A DNA stretch of 64,000 nucleotides from Octopus sinensis (lineage: Eukaryota): the NCBI RefSeq assembly GCF_006345805.1, contig NC_043005.1, positions 41,850,001 through 41,914,000 of the forward strand, given 5' to 3'. The notes under the pieces were generated by a model. It was not told the origin of the DNA. It did no database searches and saw only the letters and a list, made by a program, of their open reading frames with translations. Position 1 is the first letter of the stretch, and the number at the start of each line of letters is the position of its first letter. The position numbers and the translations under genes were made by a program. Positions 1 to 14,155 of this stretch are shown here, piece by piece.

Positions 1-99
1 TGTGTGTATGTGTGTTTGTGTGTGTGTGTATATATATGTGTGTGTGTGTGTGTTTTTATATATCTATATATATATATAGATATATAAACGAGAAAAAAA

Positions 100-259
100 G
101 CAATTGTACTAAATCTAATCCATTCTTGTTGCTTTTTTCTCGTTTATAATCACCCCACATTATTGTATGGTTAATACCATATAGTTTTCTCGTGCATCTA
201 AGTTAAGTACCGCATTCAAGTGAATTCATTAGAACTGACTTGAATCTTAATTGCTTTTA

Positions 260-260
<1 letters not shown>
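100..260 (+). mobile_element. 3'-terminal fragment of the Penelope-like family seen at 50400-53150
   Basis: Aligns by eye with 52991-53150 (attgtactaaa...ccattcttgttgct...tataatcaccccacatta...catctaagtta...tgaatctt.attgcttt); flanked by (TA)n. Confidence 0.75.
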
Positions 261-306
<46 letters not shown>

Positions 307-784
307 GTATTCTTTTCTCTATCCTTCTTAATTAAAAACTATAAATATTCAAATTGTTGCCTTCGACTACTCCTGTCCAGAACTACATTTTCAAACGTAT
401 TTTCGAACGTAGCCATTTCATATATGAAGAAAACAGCCCGTGATGTGATGGAGATTTCGTCGATATTTTCGCAGGCCTTGGGTCAATGTTAAGCCATACA
501 TGCTGGCACATATAAACATAAAGTTTACCGGGCTGGTTATGAAGTCATTTCTTATAATTCAATCTTATATTGTTTACAAATGACTGGAAATGTTAGTGAA
601 GTGACGTAAACCTGGCCAATGGGAAAGATATTATTGATTAAATTCAAAGGCACTGAATACGAAAGAGCACGCGACAAAGATAAATGCCTAAGCATAGGGA
701 TTAAATGATTTAAATTGAGAAAGGTGAATGTCAATTTCCAGTGGGTGCATGCACGTGCGCGTGTGGGCGTGCGTTATTGTGTAT

Positions 785-842
785 GCGCATGTACACAGAC
801 ACACACAGACGCACACGCACACACACATACATACATACATAC

Positions 843-873
<31 letters not shown>

Positions 874-1075
874 TGTATGTATGTATGCATGCATGTATGT
901 ATGTATGTATGCATGTATGTATGTATGTATGTATGTATGTATGTATGTATGTATGTATGCGTGTTTGTATGTATATATGTATGTATATATCTATGTATAT
1001 ATACACCACGCATATACAAGCATGTATGTATAAACATAATGGGTATATGTATAAATGTATATAATAATAATAATG

Positions 1076-1132
<57 letters not shown>
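785..1132. repeat. Compound microsatellite (CA)n/(ATAC)n/(GTAT)n/(AAT)n
   Basis: Directly visible; source of several spurious ORFs. Confidence 0.95.
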
Positions 1133-1135
<3 letters not shown>

Positions 1136-1240
1136 GCCCTGATGCAGTAGCAGGCAGTGGCTCTCGTGGCTTCTGATCTTAACTGATTGGAAATAACGAT
1201 ATAATCAAACATAAAACTAGCTTAAAGGATTCACCTATGT

Positions 1241-1550
1241 GGAGGCACAATGGCCCAGTGGTTAGGGCAGCGGCCTCACAGTCGGAGGATCGCGGTTTCG
1301 ATTCTCAGATCGAGCATTGTGTTTGTTTATTGAGCGAAAACACCTAAAAGCTCCACGAGCTCCAGCAGAGGGTGGGCGGCCCCTGTTGTACTCTTTCGCC
1401 CCAACTTTCTCTCACTCTCTCTTCCTGCTTCTTGAGTAACACTGCGATGGACTGACGTCCCGTCCAGCTGGGGGGAACACATACGCTACAGAAAACGGAA
1501 AACCGGGCCTACGAGCTTGGCTAGGCTTGAAAAGGGCGCATAAATAAATA
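1241..1550 (+). mobile_element. tRNA-derived SINE (family C)
   Basis: A box TGGCCCAGTGG, B box-like GGTTTCGATTC, ends in (TAAA)n tail. Confidence 0.75.
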
Positions 1551-1934
1551 AAAAATGGATACATCTTTGAAAATGGCTGTGTTTCATTGGTTCTTTCAAC
1601 TAACGGTCTTATAAATTCTTCTTATCGTAAAATCGAAGGAAACCTTACATCGAAGGACAGATTCCAAATACATATGGTAAATAATTATATACCAAATATA
1701 AATCAATTAATACATTTAAATTAAAATTATAAATTTTCACTTTGTATAACATAAATATTTTTTCAGCAGTATATGCACATACTAAACCATCTATGATACA
1801 CATATATACACTAAAATATACAGATGCAACTACGTAGTTATATACATATATAGATGAGACATAAATATACACACAAATCCACATATGCATCTGTATATAC
1901 GCACACATGCACGCGCACAAAATCACTTAGTAAA

Positions 1935-2067
1935 CTTCTTTCAGTTTCCGTCAACCAAATCCACGAGGCTTTGGTCGGCCCGAGGCTATAATAGAAAACA
2001 TTTGCCCAAGGTGCTTCGCAGTGGGACTGAGCCCGGAACTACTTACCACACAGACACTCCTACGCCC
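1935..2067 (-). mobile_element. tRNA-derived SINE head (family A)
   Basis: Reverse complement matches 4806-4965. Confidence 0.8.
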
Positions 2068-2654
2068 ATATATTTGCATACGACTAGACATATATGATTA
2101 CGCGTATAAATATAAGAAAATAAGTACGCAAATACGTATATACACTTATGTATATACATCCATGTACGCATGTACATGAATATACACATACACGTATACT
2201 TACACACATACACAGACACACACATACATATGCATACCCACAATACACACATACACATAAAAACATATCTAGATCATAACGTATATATACAAGCAATTTT
2301 TTAAAAGCTGCTCAGTGTGTAATAGTACTAAAATATTAAAAGTAGGATTTAATAAAAGGCATTTACAAAATGCAGCACCATATATAGAATTATTTATAAA
2401 TTAGATCTAAACAATTAAATAGGTTTCTAAAATGCAATAAAATAAAATAAAATAAAATGATAAAAAGAACCTCGGCAAAGCTTAAGCTTCAAAACGATAT
2501 GTAAAATAGTTGAAGGTTTTCTTAAAGAATACGTCGAAATATATTTTAGATATCGTTGCGATGCGAAATGACCATATATTATAAATACAAATTCAAAAGT
2601 AGCATTTGAAACTAATTCAAAAGTCAACATATATTATCCATATGGTATTTTGTC

Positions 2655-4650
2655 GGTTGACATTTTAAATTTCGTTGCGTGCCTGCAGGAACTTAAGAGT
2701 TCGCGTCTTTGATGGAAAGCGCTATTATTCTTGAATTAGATAAAGAATTTTTCCGAAAGGCATAAATTACATTTCATGGGTGTTTCATGAGATCGATGTC
2801 TGTAAGCTGATGCTTTATCTAAAATTTTCCATGTTACATCGAAATGACGGGTTTTATTTTCTTTCAATTCGCAGACATGTTTTGGCGGACTTGTCCTATT
2901 TTCGGGGTACCGGAATGAATTTCTGTGAAAAAAAAAAAAGAGTTTTCGGAAGCCCCTGTGTATGTTTTATATTCTCTTGAGCCTTCTATTTGTACTTTAG
3001 CCCTATACACAATCCCTTTCTCCAGACATTTTCCTTCCAACGGACAGGAGGTCTCATCTTTGCAATTAGAATTCTTCGGATTTGAATCGGCTCTGTAGCT
3101 ATCTGTAATTATTTTAGTGTTGTGTTGGCTAATGAAAGAGGCAAAGTTTTTACAACAAGAATAGCTAATCTTCAGCGTTCTTCTATTAAATATTCTGTAA
3201 AGCCTATGGTTAGATTGAAAATGCTTAGAAACTAACTTCCCTACCTACATTAGTTTTTACGGCCATATTAAAAGGTGGGCTGAACCACAAAACCCTCCTA
3301 GTTCTAGTTCTACGTGTGGTATTATTGCCAGCATTAACTTCGTTGTATTGGATCCTCTCAGAGAATCCACTATTCCTTAATGCGTTGTTGTAATAGGGTG
3401 CAGCATCTTGAAATGCTGTCTCATCCGAAGAAATTGAAGATATTCACCTACATACATTACTGACTAGGTTCCTAAGAATAACTGGCACATGATTAGATAC
3501 TTTGTTAATAAAAGATAGCTTTTCATTAGGCTTACGGCAAGGTTTGAATTTATCATACTCTAAATCTAAATTTATATCTAAGAAATCTACGCTTTAAGAT
3601 TACTATCTATCGTAATCAGTGAGCCCATCCTTTGGAAGAAAACAATTAGATCCTTCCTAAGCTTATTTAGTTCGTGGCGTTTAAATTATGGGTGACTATA
3701 AGGCCGTCATCCCTGTATAATCCTGCGTCAATAAAAGGGAATTCTAGATTTAGATTGTGCAAAATATAAGCTCCTATGAGCACACATAACTCAGCCCTGT
3801 CATATGCTCCCATCGGTACATCGAAAACAGAATCTTCACTCTTTTTTGATCGAGGTAGAATCCTCAAAAAAAAAAAAAGAAGGGATTTTCTCGCAGGTGT
3901 GATAATATCTATTTCCGAGTCATCAATGGTGACATACTGTTTGGCAAAGTATAATGCTCTTAGAAGAAAAGGCCTGGATATTGACGAGTAAAAGTCAACA
4001 ATATCAAACTCTGTAAATTTGCAGTTATGCTTATGGCTAATCCCTTTAAACCAATCTGTTACTGACTTGCTATTTTTCCAAATCCCTTAATTCAATTCAC
4101 TATCTAACATAGTTAAAATACGATCTAAAATATATTTGCTAATAATACCTATTTGAGTTTTAGCAGGATTTACTCTTTACTCTTTTACTCTTTACTCTTT
4201 AATCAATCTACATTTAGGGTTTCTATTAAAATTAGCTTTATGAACTTTTAGGATAGTAAAAGTGTGGCTTGGGGGAAGATATTCTATCCTATCACTAATT
4301 TTAAGATTCTTAGCTTTTCTTCTTGCATCCAAATTCACCTCTTTGTATAAATTTGCAATGTCTTTTTTGTGTGTCTGTGATGCTATTTGAAATGAGACGC
4401 TTATAAACGTCCTTATCAACCGCATATAAGTTTTTTTTCTTTTTTGTCTTATCAGAGTTCACGAAGATCTTATTCGAATTCTTAATTTCTCTAATTTTTT
4501 CCTTCATATCTCCCTGTAGTTGGTTACTGAATTTACGGAATTTAATTTTTTCTAATGAGCACGAAAAGGTCTTTTTCGAAGGCTTCTAATTCCGGAATAG
4601 GTGGTGGGTTTTTGGAAGATTTAAAGCCTTCTTCTTTGATACAAAACAGA
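2655..4650 (-). mobile_element. Penelope-like retroelement, degenerate near-complete RT + GIY-YIG ORF
   Basis: Motifs in order: CRLI(N)PAK (~4200-4160), FDVPMGAYDRAELC and YRDDGL (ORF 3667-3867), VLWFSPPFN (~3290), GIVYRAKV...YTGASE GIY-YIG (~3015-2945), C-terminal CNLCLSEK...CRH (~2770-2680); frameshifts and stops. Confidence 0.9.
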
Positions 4651-4713
4651 TAACTAACGGAAACAAATACGGAGTACTGTTTTTGTTGAATTTTCTATCA
4701 CGGATCAGTACGT

Positions 4714-4759
<46 letters not shown>

Positions 4760-4805
4760 CATATATGTGTTTGTGTATGTATGTATGTATGTATGTATGT
4801 ATGTA

Positions 4806-4965
4806 TGCAGGAGTGGCTCTGTGGTTAGAAGCTTGCTTCCCAACCATATGGTTCCGGGTTCAGTCCCAATGCGTGGCACCTTGAGCAAGTGTCTTCTGCT
4901 ATAGCCTCGGGTCGACCAAAGCCTTGTGAGTGGATTTGGAGACGGAAACTGAAAGAAGCCCGTTG
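4806..4965 (+). mobile_element. tRNA-derived SINE (family A, octopus OK/OR-type)
   Basis: gcaggagtggctctgtggtt...ggttccgggttcagtccc...gacggaaactgaaagaagccc; multiple copies in window. Confidence 0.85.
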
Positions 4966-5566
4966 TATATATATATATATATATATAGTTGAAATTTATA
5001 GAAAGACAAAAAAGCAGGTGTATTAGTTTGACGTTCAGGAAAGTGAAAATGAAAGGAATAAGAGAAGATAAACAGAATAAGAATAAAAAATAAATGGATT
5101 TAGCGGTGAAGCATGCCGGTCACTTCGACGAATGTGGGTTAGGTAAATCACCCTATGGCCACCTGTCTGCAAGTTCAATTCTTCAAACTTTTAGTAGCAT
5201 CCTCTACATGTTCCTGTCCACCTCTTTCCCTAATGTCACTCTACTTAAGAAAAACGTATGATGGTGTTGGGACTGGTGTCTTCGTGTCTTGAACAGTCTG
5301 TAAGATGAATATTATGATAGTGGGGCATTGTTTCTGTAGATCCATATATGGTCTGTTGCAAAAAAATGCCACGAGCTCAGTAGTTATTAGGATGCAGGAT
5401 TATAGATAGGGTTGATGTCTCTTCGAAAACCAGCTAAAGAGCAGGAGGCCTCATCTGCACACCAGGTCAGAACTAACTTGGAAACGATAGTCACTGACCA
5501 AGAGGTTGTTCAGCACCCTTTGAAACGTTGGAGCTCCCGGACTAGGACCCCACTACATTCACATAT

Positions 5567-5602
<36 letters not shown>

Positions 5603-5778
5603 GAGAGAGAGAGAGAGAGAGAGAAAGAGAGTGAGAGAGAGAGAGAGAAGAAAGAGGGTGAGAAAGCATACATCTAAATGTGTTTTCGAGTGTTAAATCT
5701 TGTTTTCAGCTTTCATTCTGCATTCTGTGGAAAATTGTTAATATTGTCATACACCAAGATTCCAAGTGACTTCATAAT

Positions 5779-5983
5779 CCTTTCTACTGTAGACACAAGG
5801 CTTGAAATTTGATGGAGAGTGACAGTCGATTACATTGGCCCCAGTACTCAACTAGTAGTTATTTTATCGACCCTGAAAACCAAAGTCAACCACAGCAGAA
5901 TGTGAATTCAGAGCGTAAAGACAGACGAAATACCGCTGAGCATTTCGTCCGGTGCGTTAACAACTCTGCCAGCTCACCGCCTT
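5779..5983 (-). mobile_element. SINE (family B)
   Basis: Reverse complement begins ggcggtgagctggcagagttgttaac; homologous to 28218 and 29814 copies. Confidence 0.8.
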
Positions 5984-6726
5984 TATACGTGGCTTATATA
6001 ATAGTATTATTTTGACCCACCTCGGGCACTATTAAACAGACCTATACTCACAGGCATTTCAGCCATGACCATGTTGTCATTATCATGCGTAATATATTTA
6101 CGGTTGAAGTAGCCAATGCGTTCTATTTTTGTTTTTCAGGACATTGACAGTATTGTTTTCGGTGTAGCTATAAGCTGATATTTTCACAGCACTTCATCAA
6201 CAAACAATAACGATTTTCAAACCAGTGTTAGGCTATTTAGTCAAGAACTTCAGCGTGTTTTCCAAACTTTCACGATCAGGTGTGATATATCTTCCTTATT
6301 GAGGAAAGACGACATTTAGCTTCTTTTATTTGGAACCAGGAGGCCTAAACTCTGCTAAAATTGTAACAAAAACCAATAATAATAAAGACGAACAAAAATG
6401 TAATGCTCGCAAAACAAAAGAAGAATCGAAAATAAGGTAGAATAGTTATTCGTAGAAATAACATTCTAAAAAAGGAAAAAACGTGAATGAAAACCCTCTT
6501 TTCAAATTTAATTTGAAAATCGACAACACATTCATATTATTTAAATTACACAAAGGAACCGTGATTCTAGCAACCGATTTCTTGCTGTTTAATGGAAAAA
6601 AAATATCGAAATTATTCTCGCAAATTCATTCTTGTTATTCGGAGACATAGATGAACGCGTGCCTGATTGTTTGGGCATGCGTGTGTCAATGGCTGTACAT
6701 ACGTACATACGTACAAAATTGTACAT

Positions 6727-6809
<83 letters not shown>

Positions 6810-7024
6810 GTGGTGTGTATGTATGTATGTATGTGTGTGTGTGTGCATAGACACACGCACAAAGTACGCGCATATACACACACGCACATATTTATATGCA
6901 CCTAGAAAGTTTGCTGTTTGGTTTGCTTCATTCGAATTATGTGTGTGCAATTTTTATATGGTAAAATTTTCCATGTGTGTGTGCGCGCGCGCGTGTGTGT
7001 GTGTATAGCTACATATATTCACGC

Positions 7025-7087
<63 letters not shown>

Positions 7088-7099
7088 GTACATACATCA

Positions 7100-7670
7100 A
7101 TGACTGGATGCATCTGGACACGTCTTCAGTGATGTGCCTGGTCTCATCGGGTGTTTCGGGTCTTTCAGCATCATACACCTTCCTCCTATCCGACCCCAGC
7201 TTGTGTCCAGATGGCCAGCTAGCTACTCCATGGCTCTCTTCTTTTGATCCACAACCATCTTGAGGCCCTCTCTGCTGCATCAGTGGTACTGCAGATGGCC
7301 TTCCTCCTTCTCACTCCATCGAAGCCCAAACTGCTGAAGGCTCTGGTCACGGAACGGGCTGCGAAACCCCTGCATCCTACCTCCACTGGGAGACACCTCG
7401 TTCTTCAACCAGCTCGCTGGCAGTCACGGACCTGACCCGCGCGCTTGGAGGGCTTTCTCTCAAAAGCTTCTTCCAGGTGATCTTCCAATGTGACAGTCAG
7501 CTTCAGCAGCACCCCTTGCTTGGTAGACTCAGACACGATGACAGTGTCTAGTCGCAGGGTGGTGACCGCAATGTGGCCAGAGAACTCCAGCTGATGCTCA
7601 AGATCCACCACCAGCTGCCACTCTCTTGCTGTTAGGATGCCCGCTGATGTTTTTTCTGGCAGGGGTGCTG
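7100..7670 (-). mobile_element. 3' end of RLE-type non-LTR retrotransposon (HERO/NeSL-like)
   Basis: WQLVVDLEHQLEF..HIAVTTLRLDTV...LLKLTVTLED...FERK (ORF 7405-7833), then LPVEVGCRGF...AERASRWLWIKR, stop near 7219-7221; structured 3' UTR. Confidence 0.85.
7111..7213 (-). ncRNA. Putative pseudoknotted hammerhead-like RNA structure in LINE 3' UTR
   Basis: Minus strand: CAUCUGGACAC..GGGUC..GGUGUA-UGAUG..GACCC-GAAA-CACC..CAUCA-CUGAAGA-C-GUGUCCAGAUG. Confidence 0.5.
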
Positions 7671-7745
7671 TAACATATCTGTAACATATCGACGTACCGA
7701 ACATAGTGTGTGTGTGTGTTGTGTGAGTGTGTATAGTAAAATAAT

Positions 7746-7823
<78 letters not shown>

Positions 7824-7850
7824 ACGCACACACATCTATCTCTTTCTCTC

Positions 7851-7896
<46 letters not shown>

Positions 7897-7912
7897 ATAT
7901 ATATAATATATA

Positions 7913-7949
<37 letters not shown>

Positions 7950-7952
<3 letters not shown>

Positions 7953-8573
7953 GGTGTCCCAAATGTCTCTGATGGGTTTCGAATCTTAATAACCTCCTGA
8001 ACTTTACAAATAAATGTATGAAACTTTGTCACAATATAAAGAACATAATGGAAATTAATATGCGCAAGTTAAATTTTGCGATACTACTACATCAAATATG
8101 AAAAATGACATCGCTTAAATGCCACCCATTTTCGACTTCGCACGCCTGTGCTCTTTCCAAAACTTGCACCATAACACCCTCAAGAGTTTCAGATCCCACT
8201 TCTCTGATTTCTCTGTTGATGTCCTCTTTCAGTTGCTCCAGGGTCTCCGGTTTGTTGACGTAGACCTCTCTTTCATGTATCTATGACTGAGACCATTTTG
8301 CGTCCGGCCATTCAAAGTAAATCTCACACATGGTTCCAGCAAGATGGGGGCAACTGCTCATGCCGCAAGAGAAACAATGCAGTTGTTACAGCAGTGCTTT
8401 CGAGATAGAATAATCTCCCGCTACGGCAATGTCAACTGGCTTTCACGTTCCCCAGACTTGACTAGCCCGGATTTTTCTTGTGGGGATATTTGAATGAGAG
8501 GTTTTATGACAACAAGCCGGAGACCCTGGTGCAACTGAAGGAGAACATCAATAGAAATATTTGGCACACCCTG
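7950..8573. mobile_element. Internally deleted/rearranged Tc1-mariner element (DD37D-like)
   Basis: TIRs cagggtgtcccaaat / atttggcacaccctg; WLSRSPDLTSPDF.LWGYL motif on + (~8437-8495); internal inverted copy of the transposase 3' part (8225-8275 vs 8495-8555). Confidence 0.8.
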
Positions 8574-8699
8574 TGTATATATAAAATTTCATATTCGGCT
8601 AGACAACCTAGATTAAAGCTCGTCTACATCATTCAGCTACCTGGTGTCAACAACAGCATGGAGATATTTGGCACTGAATTTTTTTGTGTCTATGCAGAT

Positions 8700-8999
8700 T
8701 ATATAAAAAGATGAGATACAGAATATGGAATTCACGAGATTCTTTATTTAGAACCATTACAATGGTTTCGAGTCATCATGCACCCGTTTCTTACAGGTGA
8801 GATGCTGTACAATCAATTGTCAAGCATCATAAATGCAGATGCGTCTCCTCAGATGACTTTTCAAAAATTACTTGGTTATTTTACTTGCGATTTCGCTTAT
8901 TTCTATAATAATATATTTTGGTTAATGTAGCGTTTCATCCGTCTTCATTAGGAACTGAGATAAAATAAAAGAACCATTCTCATAGAAGCAATGAAACCA
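8700..8999 (-). mobile_element. Hammerhead-bearing short repeat (Penelope pLTR-like), copy 1
   Basis: Inverted homologue of 10752-11028; AGUCAU-CUGAGGA...GAAAC-CAUU-GUA-AUGGUU at 8858-8752. Confidence 0.65.
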
Positions 9000-9014
9000 A
9001 TATATATATATATA

Positions 9015-10592
<1,578 letters not shown>

Positions 10593-10751
10593 CATATATA
10601 TATGTATGTATACATATATTATATATATATATATATATGAGGTATACAAGAATAAAATAGTGGCTGTATTCCATTTTATTTTATTTTATTTTACATATTT
10701 TATTTTTCATCCTTACACTTTTATCCTTGTATACTTTATTATATATCATTA

Positions 10752-11028
10752 TGGTTTTATTGCTTATATAAGAATTCTATGACTCTATATCAGTTTGTCA
10801 TCGAGACGGATGGAATGTTATGGTAGTTAAAATGTATTGTTTTAGAAATAAGCGAAACGGCAAGTAAAAAGCAAAGTAATTTTTGAAAAGTCACCTGAGG
10901 AGACGTATCTCTGTTTATAATGTATGGCGTTTATACAACATCTCAACTATAAGGTACGAGTGCATGATGAACCGAAACGATTGTAGTGGTCGTAAATTCC
11001 ATTTTCTCCCTCTCATCTTGATATATAT
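10752..11028 (+). mobile_element. Hammerhead-bearing short repeat (Penelope pLTR-like), copy 2
   Basis: AGUCAC-CUGAGGA (10889-10901)...GAAAC-GAUU-GUA-GUGGU (10974-10990). Confidence 0.65.
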
Positions 11029-11842
11029 ATGTACATACTATAATGGAGAAAGTTACATATTAATTAGGTATGTAACAATTACCAAAAGTACTATAAGAAA
11101 GCAATTATTAAAGGGTTGACTGTCTGGAAATATTTTTATAAATTCATGTTCTAAGAAATTTCCTACAATTTCGATTTCTCAAGTTTCTTGAATTTTTTAA
11201 ACTCCAATTTCTTGCAAATTTAAATATTCATTACCATTCACTGTGTCCAATTCACAAATTTAAATATTCATTGCATTTACTGCGGAGTATTCCATTCTCA
11301 TTTGCAAAGTCTCTCACTTTCTCTTTTAAGTTTTACTTCGCTATTTGGAAAACCGATAGCTTATTCTGTTAATGCATACGTAATGTAAAAATATTATTTA
11401 TTGAATGAACATTTTTTTAAATATCGGTATAATTTTTGAACGCAGGATGTCTGTGAGAAGAGCCTAGAAAATAGGGTAGTTACTATTCGAAGACGTGGAG
11501 AATAAATGTTACCGACAAGTACTCGAAATTTGCACTTATTCACAGTTTCCAAACACTCTGTACCACTAAGCCAATATATACACAAACAAGATGCATGAGC
11601 GACTTCAACAGTGACACACTCGCGCAGACACACAGATACACATACACACAAATGAAAGGCAATGAATGTGCACGTGTCTGTGTATGTGTACTCACTGACA
11701 AAACTTCGTGCTGCATTACTTTTGCAAAGTTTTGTCTGAACAGGTCGCGATTTCAAAGCGAAGAAAATATTTTGACGCGTATGAAATCTTAATGTTGAAG
11801 TGAAACTGGCACGATTTAAATACGGAGGTCCCTTAACAGTAC

Positions 11843-11997
11843 TACTATTTAAATACAAAGGTGTTACGTACAAGACATTTTAAATGTACGCTGTGTGCAC
11901 GTGTAATGACACCCTAACCCTAACTAACCCTAAAACTAACCTTCCCCTTCATATTGTTACATAGATGCGTCGGGGCTTCTGTATTTAAGTAGTGCCT
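11843..11997. mobile_element. Small MITE-like element containing telomere-like CCCTAA hexamers
   Basis: Imperfect TIR actatttaaatacaaagg / cttctgtatttaagtagt; ccctaaccctaactaaccctaa inside. Confidence 0.5.
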
Positions 11998-12774
11998 TGA
12001 AACTAATGCTTTCTGTGTGTTCTTGAATGGCATACAAACGTCAACGCTGCAATTGTTTTTGTTTCAGCACACGATCTCAGATCAAGTCGCTTGCTATGCA
12101 AGTACATCTCCGTAATTTTTTTAAATCGCTGTGGATAAATGCCAGCAATAACCTTCTCACGCTCTCCAATATTTTAATTTCTAAATAGAAACAATTGAGG
12201 GCAAGGAGTGGGGTTGCAAAAATTCATAATTCCTCCAGCTTTCTTTTTTATAGAATATGAATGCATATATAGGGGAAAATATAGAAAAACATCAATACAT
12301 GCGAGAGTGATAAAGATACAAGGAGGGTTGTCTTTGGATATGCTACAAACAACAACCAAATCGCCATTAAATCATTCATTTCCCCTCCGAAAATATTAAC
12401 AATTAAAATCAAAATTACCGAAAATGCGCTTTCCATGGTTTTGAAGTGCCAAAAAAAAAAGTGGGGGCCAAAATAGGTCCGAAGTGGCATGATGAAGGAG
12501 GGGATGTAAAAAAAAAAGAGTTTACAAAACTCTTTTCATACAAAGATGCTGTGGCTTTAAAAATAAATGAAGAAAATTCCGAAAAAAATTTTCCTCACAC
12601 ATTTCTTTGTAATCATAATCTTTGCCGTTTGAAAGGGATTTTAGAAAACATATCCATCTTCCTGAAAGTTATGACGGAATAATGAATGAAGGTAGTATTA
12701 TACAAAGAAATAATTAGACGTAAAATATAAAAATTATTAGAATTGGGAATCAAATGTGAAAATATTATCAAGGG

Positions 12775-12812
12775 GTTAGCAGAAGACCGCTCTTCGGGCG
12801 GTTTTGTGCTAG
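12775..12812 (+). mobile_element. Helitron-type 3' terminus
   Basis: Hairpin aagaccgct-cttcgg-gcggtttt followed by CTAG|T; 5' end not located. Confidence 0.65.
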
Positions 12813-12822
12813 TATATATGTA

Positions 12823-12936
<114 letters not shown>

Positions 12937-13724
12937 TATATATATATATATGCATGTATTCTACATATTCACACACACGCTCACACCTACATACACATAT
13001 ATCTATACCTTCATATGTCTGTGTGTGTATATATATATATATATGCATATATCTGATTATATATATGTGATTCATGTGTGTGTGTGTGTGTGTATGTGTG
13101 TGTGTGTGGGTGTATGTCTAAGTATATATTTACACGTCTATGTGTTCGTCTGTTGTCGGCGTTGGAGAATAATTCCCTTATCAATAGATATGATATATAT
13201 GTGGTCATCAATCTGATCAATTTCGTCAGTTGCTTCTAAACATATCCAGACATGTTCTTCAACTGTCATGCAGTTTGATAGAAACGGAGACCTTTGGCTT
13301 GTCTCGCTTTTCCGATAAGGAATTATGAGACATTACTTGGTGCCGAGATACTTTTGATCAGACAGTTGATCTTCATTGCTTTCAAATGGACATTAGTCCA
13401 AACATATTAACTCTCTGTAATAATGTGGTTTTGTTTAAATTGGAAATAATAATAAAAAAATGTTTAGAAACTTCCAATTATATATAGTTATTTTCTTTGT
13501 TACATATTGATGTGTAAATTCATATATCTAGTGTTAGTCCTATTTAAGTGGACATTCTATTCAGGAATGTACGCTTATATGGATTTACTCATTGTATATA
13601 CAGATGTTGTGTCGCTTTAGATATCATTTCTTTTTAAGTTGCAGAGAGCAAAGAATTACTTTTGAGACGTGAATTATCCCTGATATGGGCACTAAGACAA
13701 ACGATTTGGGGACAAAAATTAGTA

Positions 13725-14155
13725 AAGGCAATGTAGTAACGAGCGAAAGAGTACAATCGCGAATACAACTGAGAGAAACGGGCTTTCTTCGAAGAATCTC
13801 TGCAGTAACGTCACTCGATGGGGTGCATAGCTCGGAGATCAGAGAGCTTCACCAGGTCGATCCGCACTTCCCGACATTGAGGCATCGCAGCTCTGATACT
13901 ATGGACATGTGATTTGAATATGCCGCAAGAAATAATGCCACAGAAATTCCCTGAACCGAACCACTCGGCAGCAGACCTCAAGATAGACCAAGAACGAGAG
14001 GGTTGGATAAATAATATTCATACTCTCAGTTGCTCATGATTGGGGACCCAACTAACCGGATGTTTAATGACGGTTGTCTTTGAGAGTACTCTATGGAGCA
14101 GTTACCTGAGAGACTCTATCCCCACGATAGGTATAATGGGTGGAGGAGATGGAGG
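13725..14155 (+). mobile_element. RTE-clade LINE 3' fragment
   Basis: SRIQ..ETGFLRRISAVTSLD.VHSSEIRE, LRYYGHV, RRP..RPRTR motifs typical of RTE C-terminus. Confidence 0.75.

Noticed and set aside
688-1212. Long ORFs made of YI/CV/HT/N repeats here and throughout the ORF track
   Set aside because: Translations of microsatellites with no protein signal
2470-2570. Decayed hammerhead downstream of the 2655-4650 Penelope ORF
   Set aside because: An 8-bp stem (aacgatat/atatcgtt) is present but the core is not recognisable
12781-12806. GC hairpin with cUUCGg loop plus T run resembling a bacterial terminator
   Set aside because: Eukaryotic context; followed by CTAG|T, better explained as a Helitron 3' end
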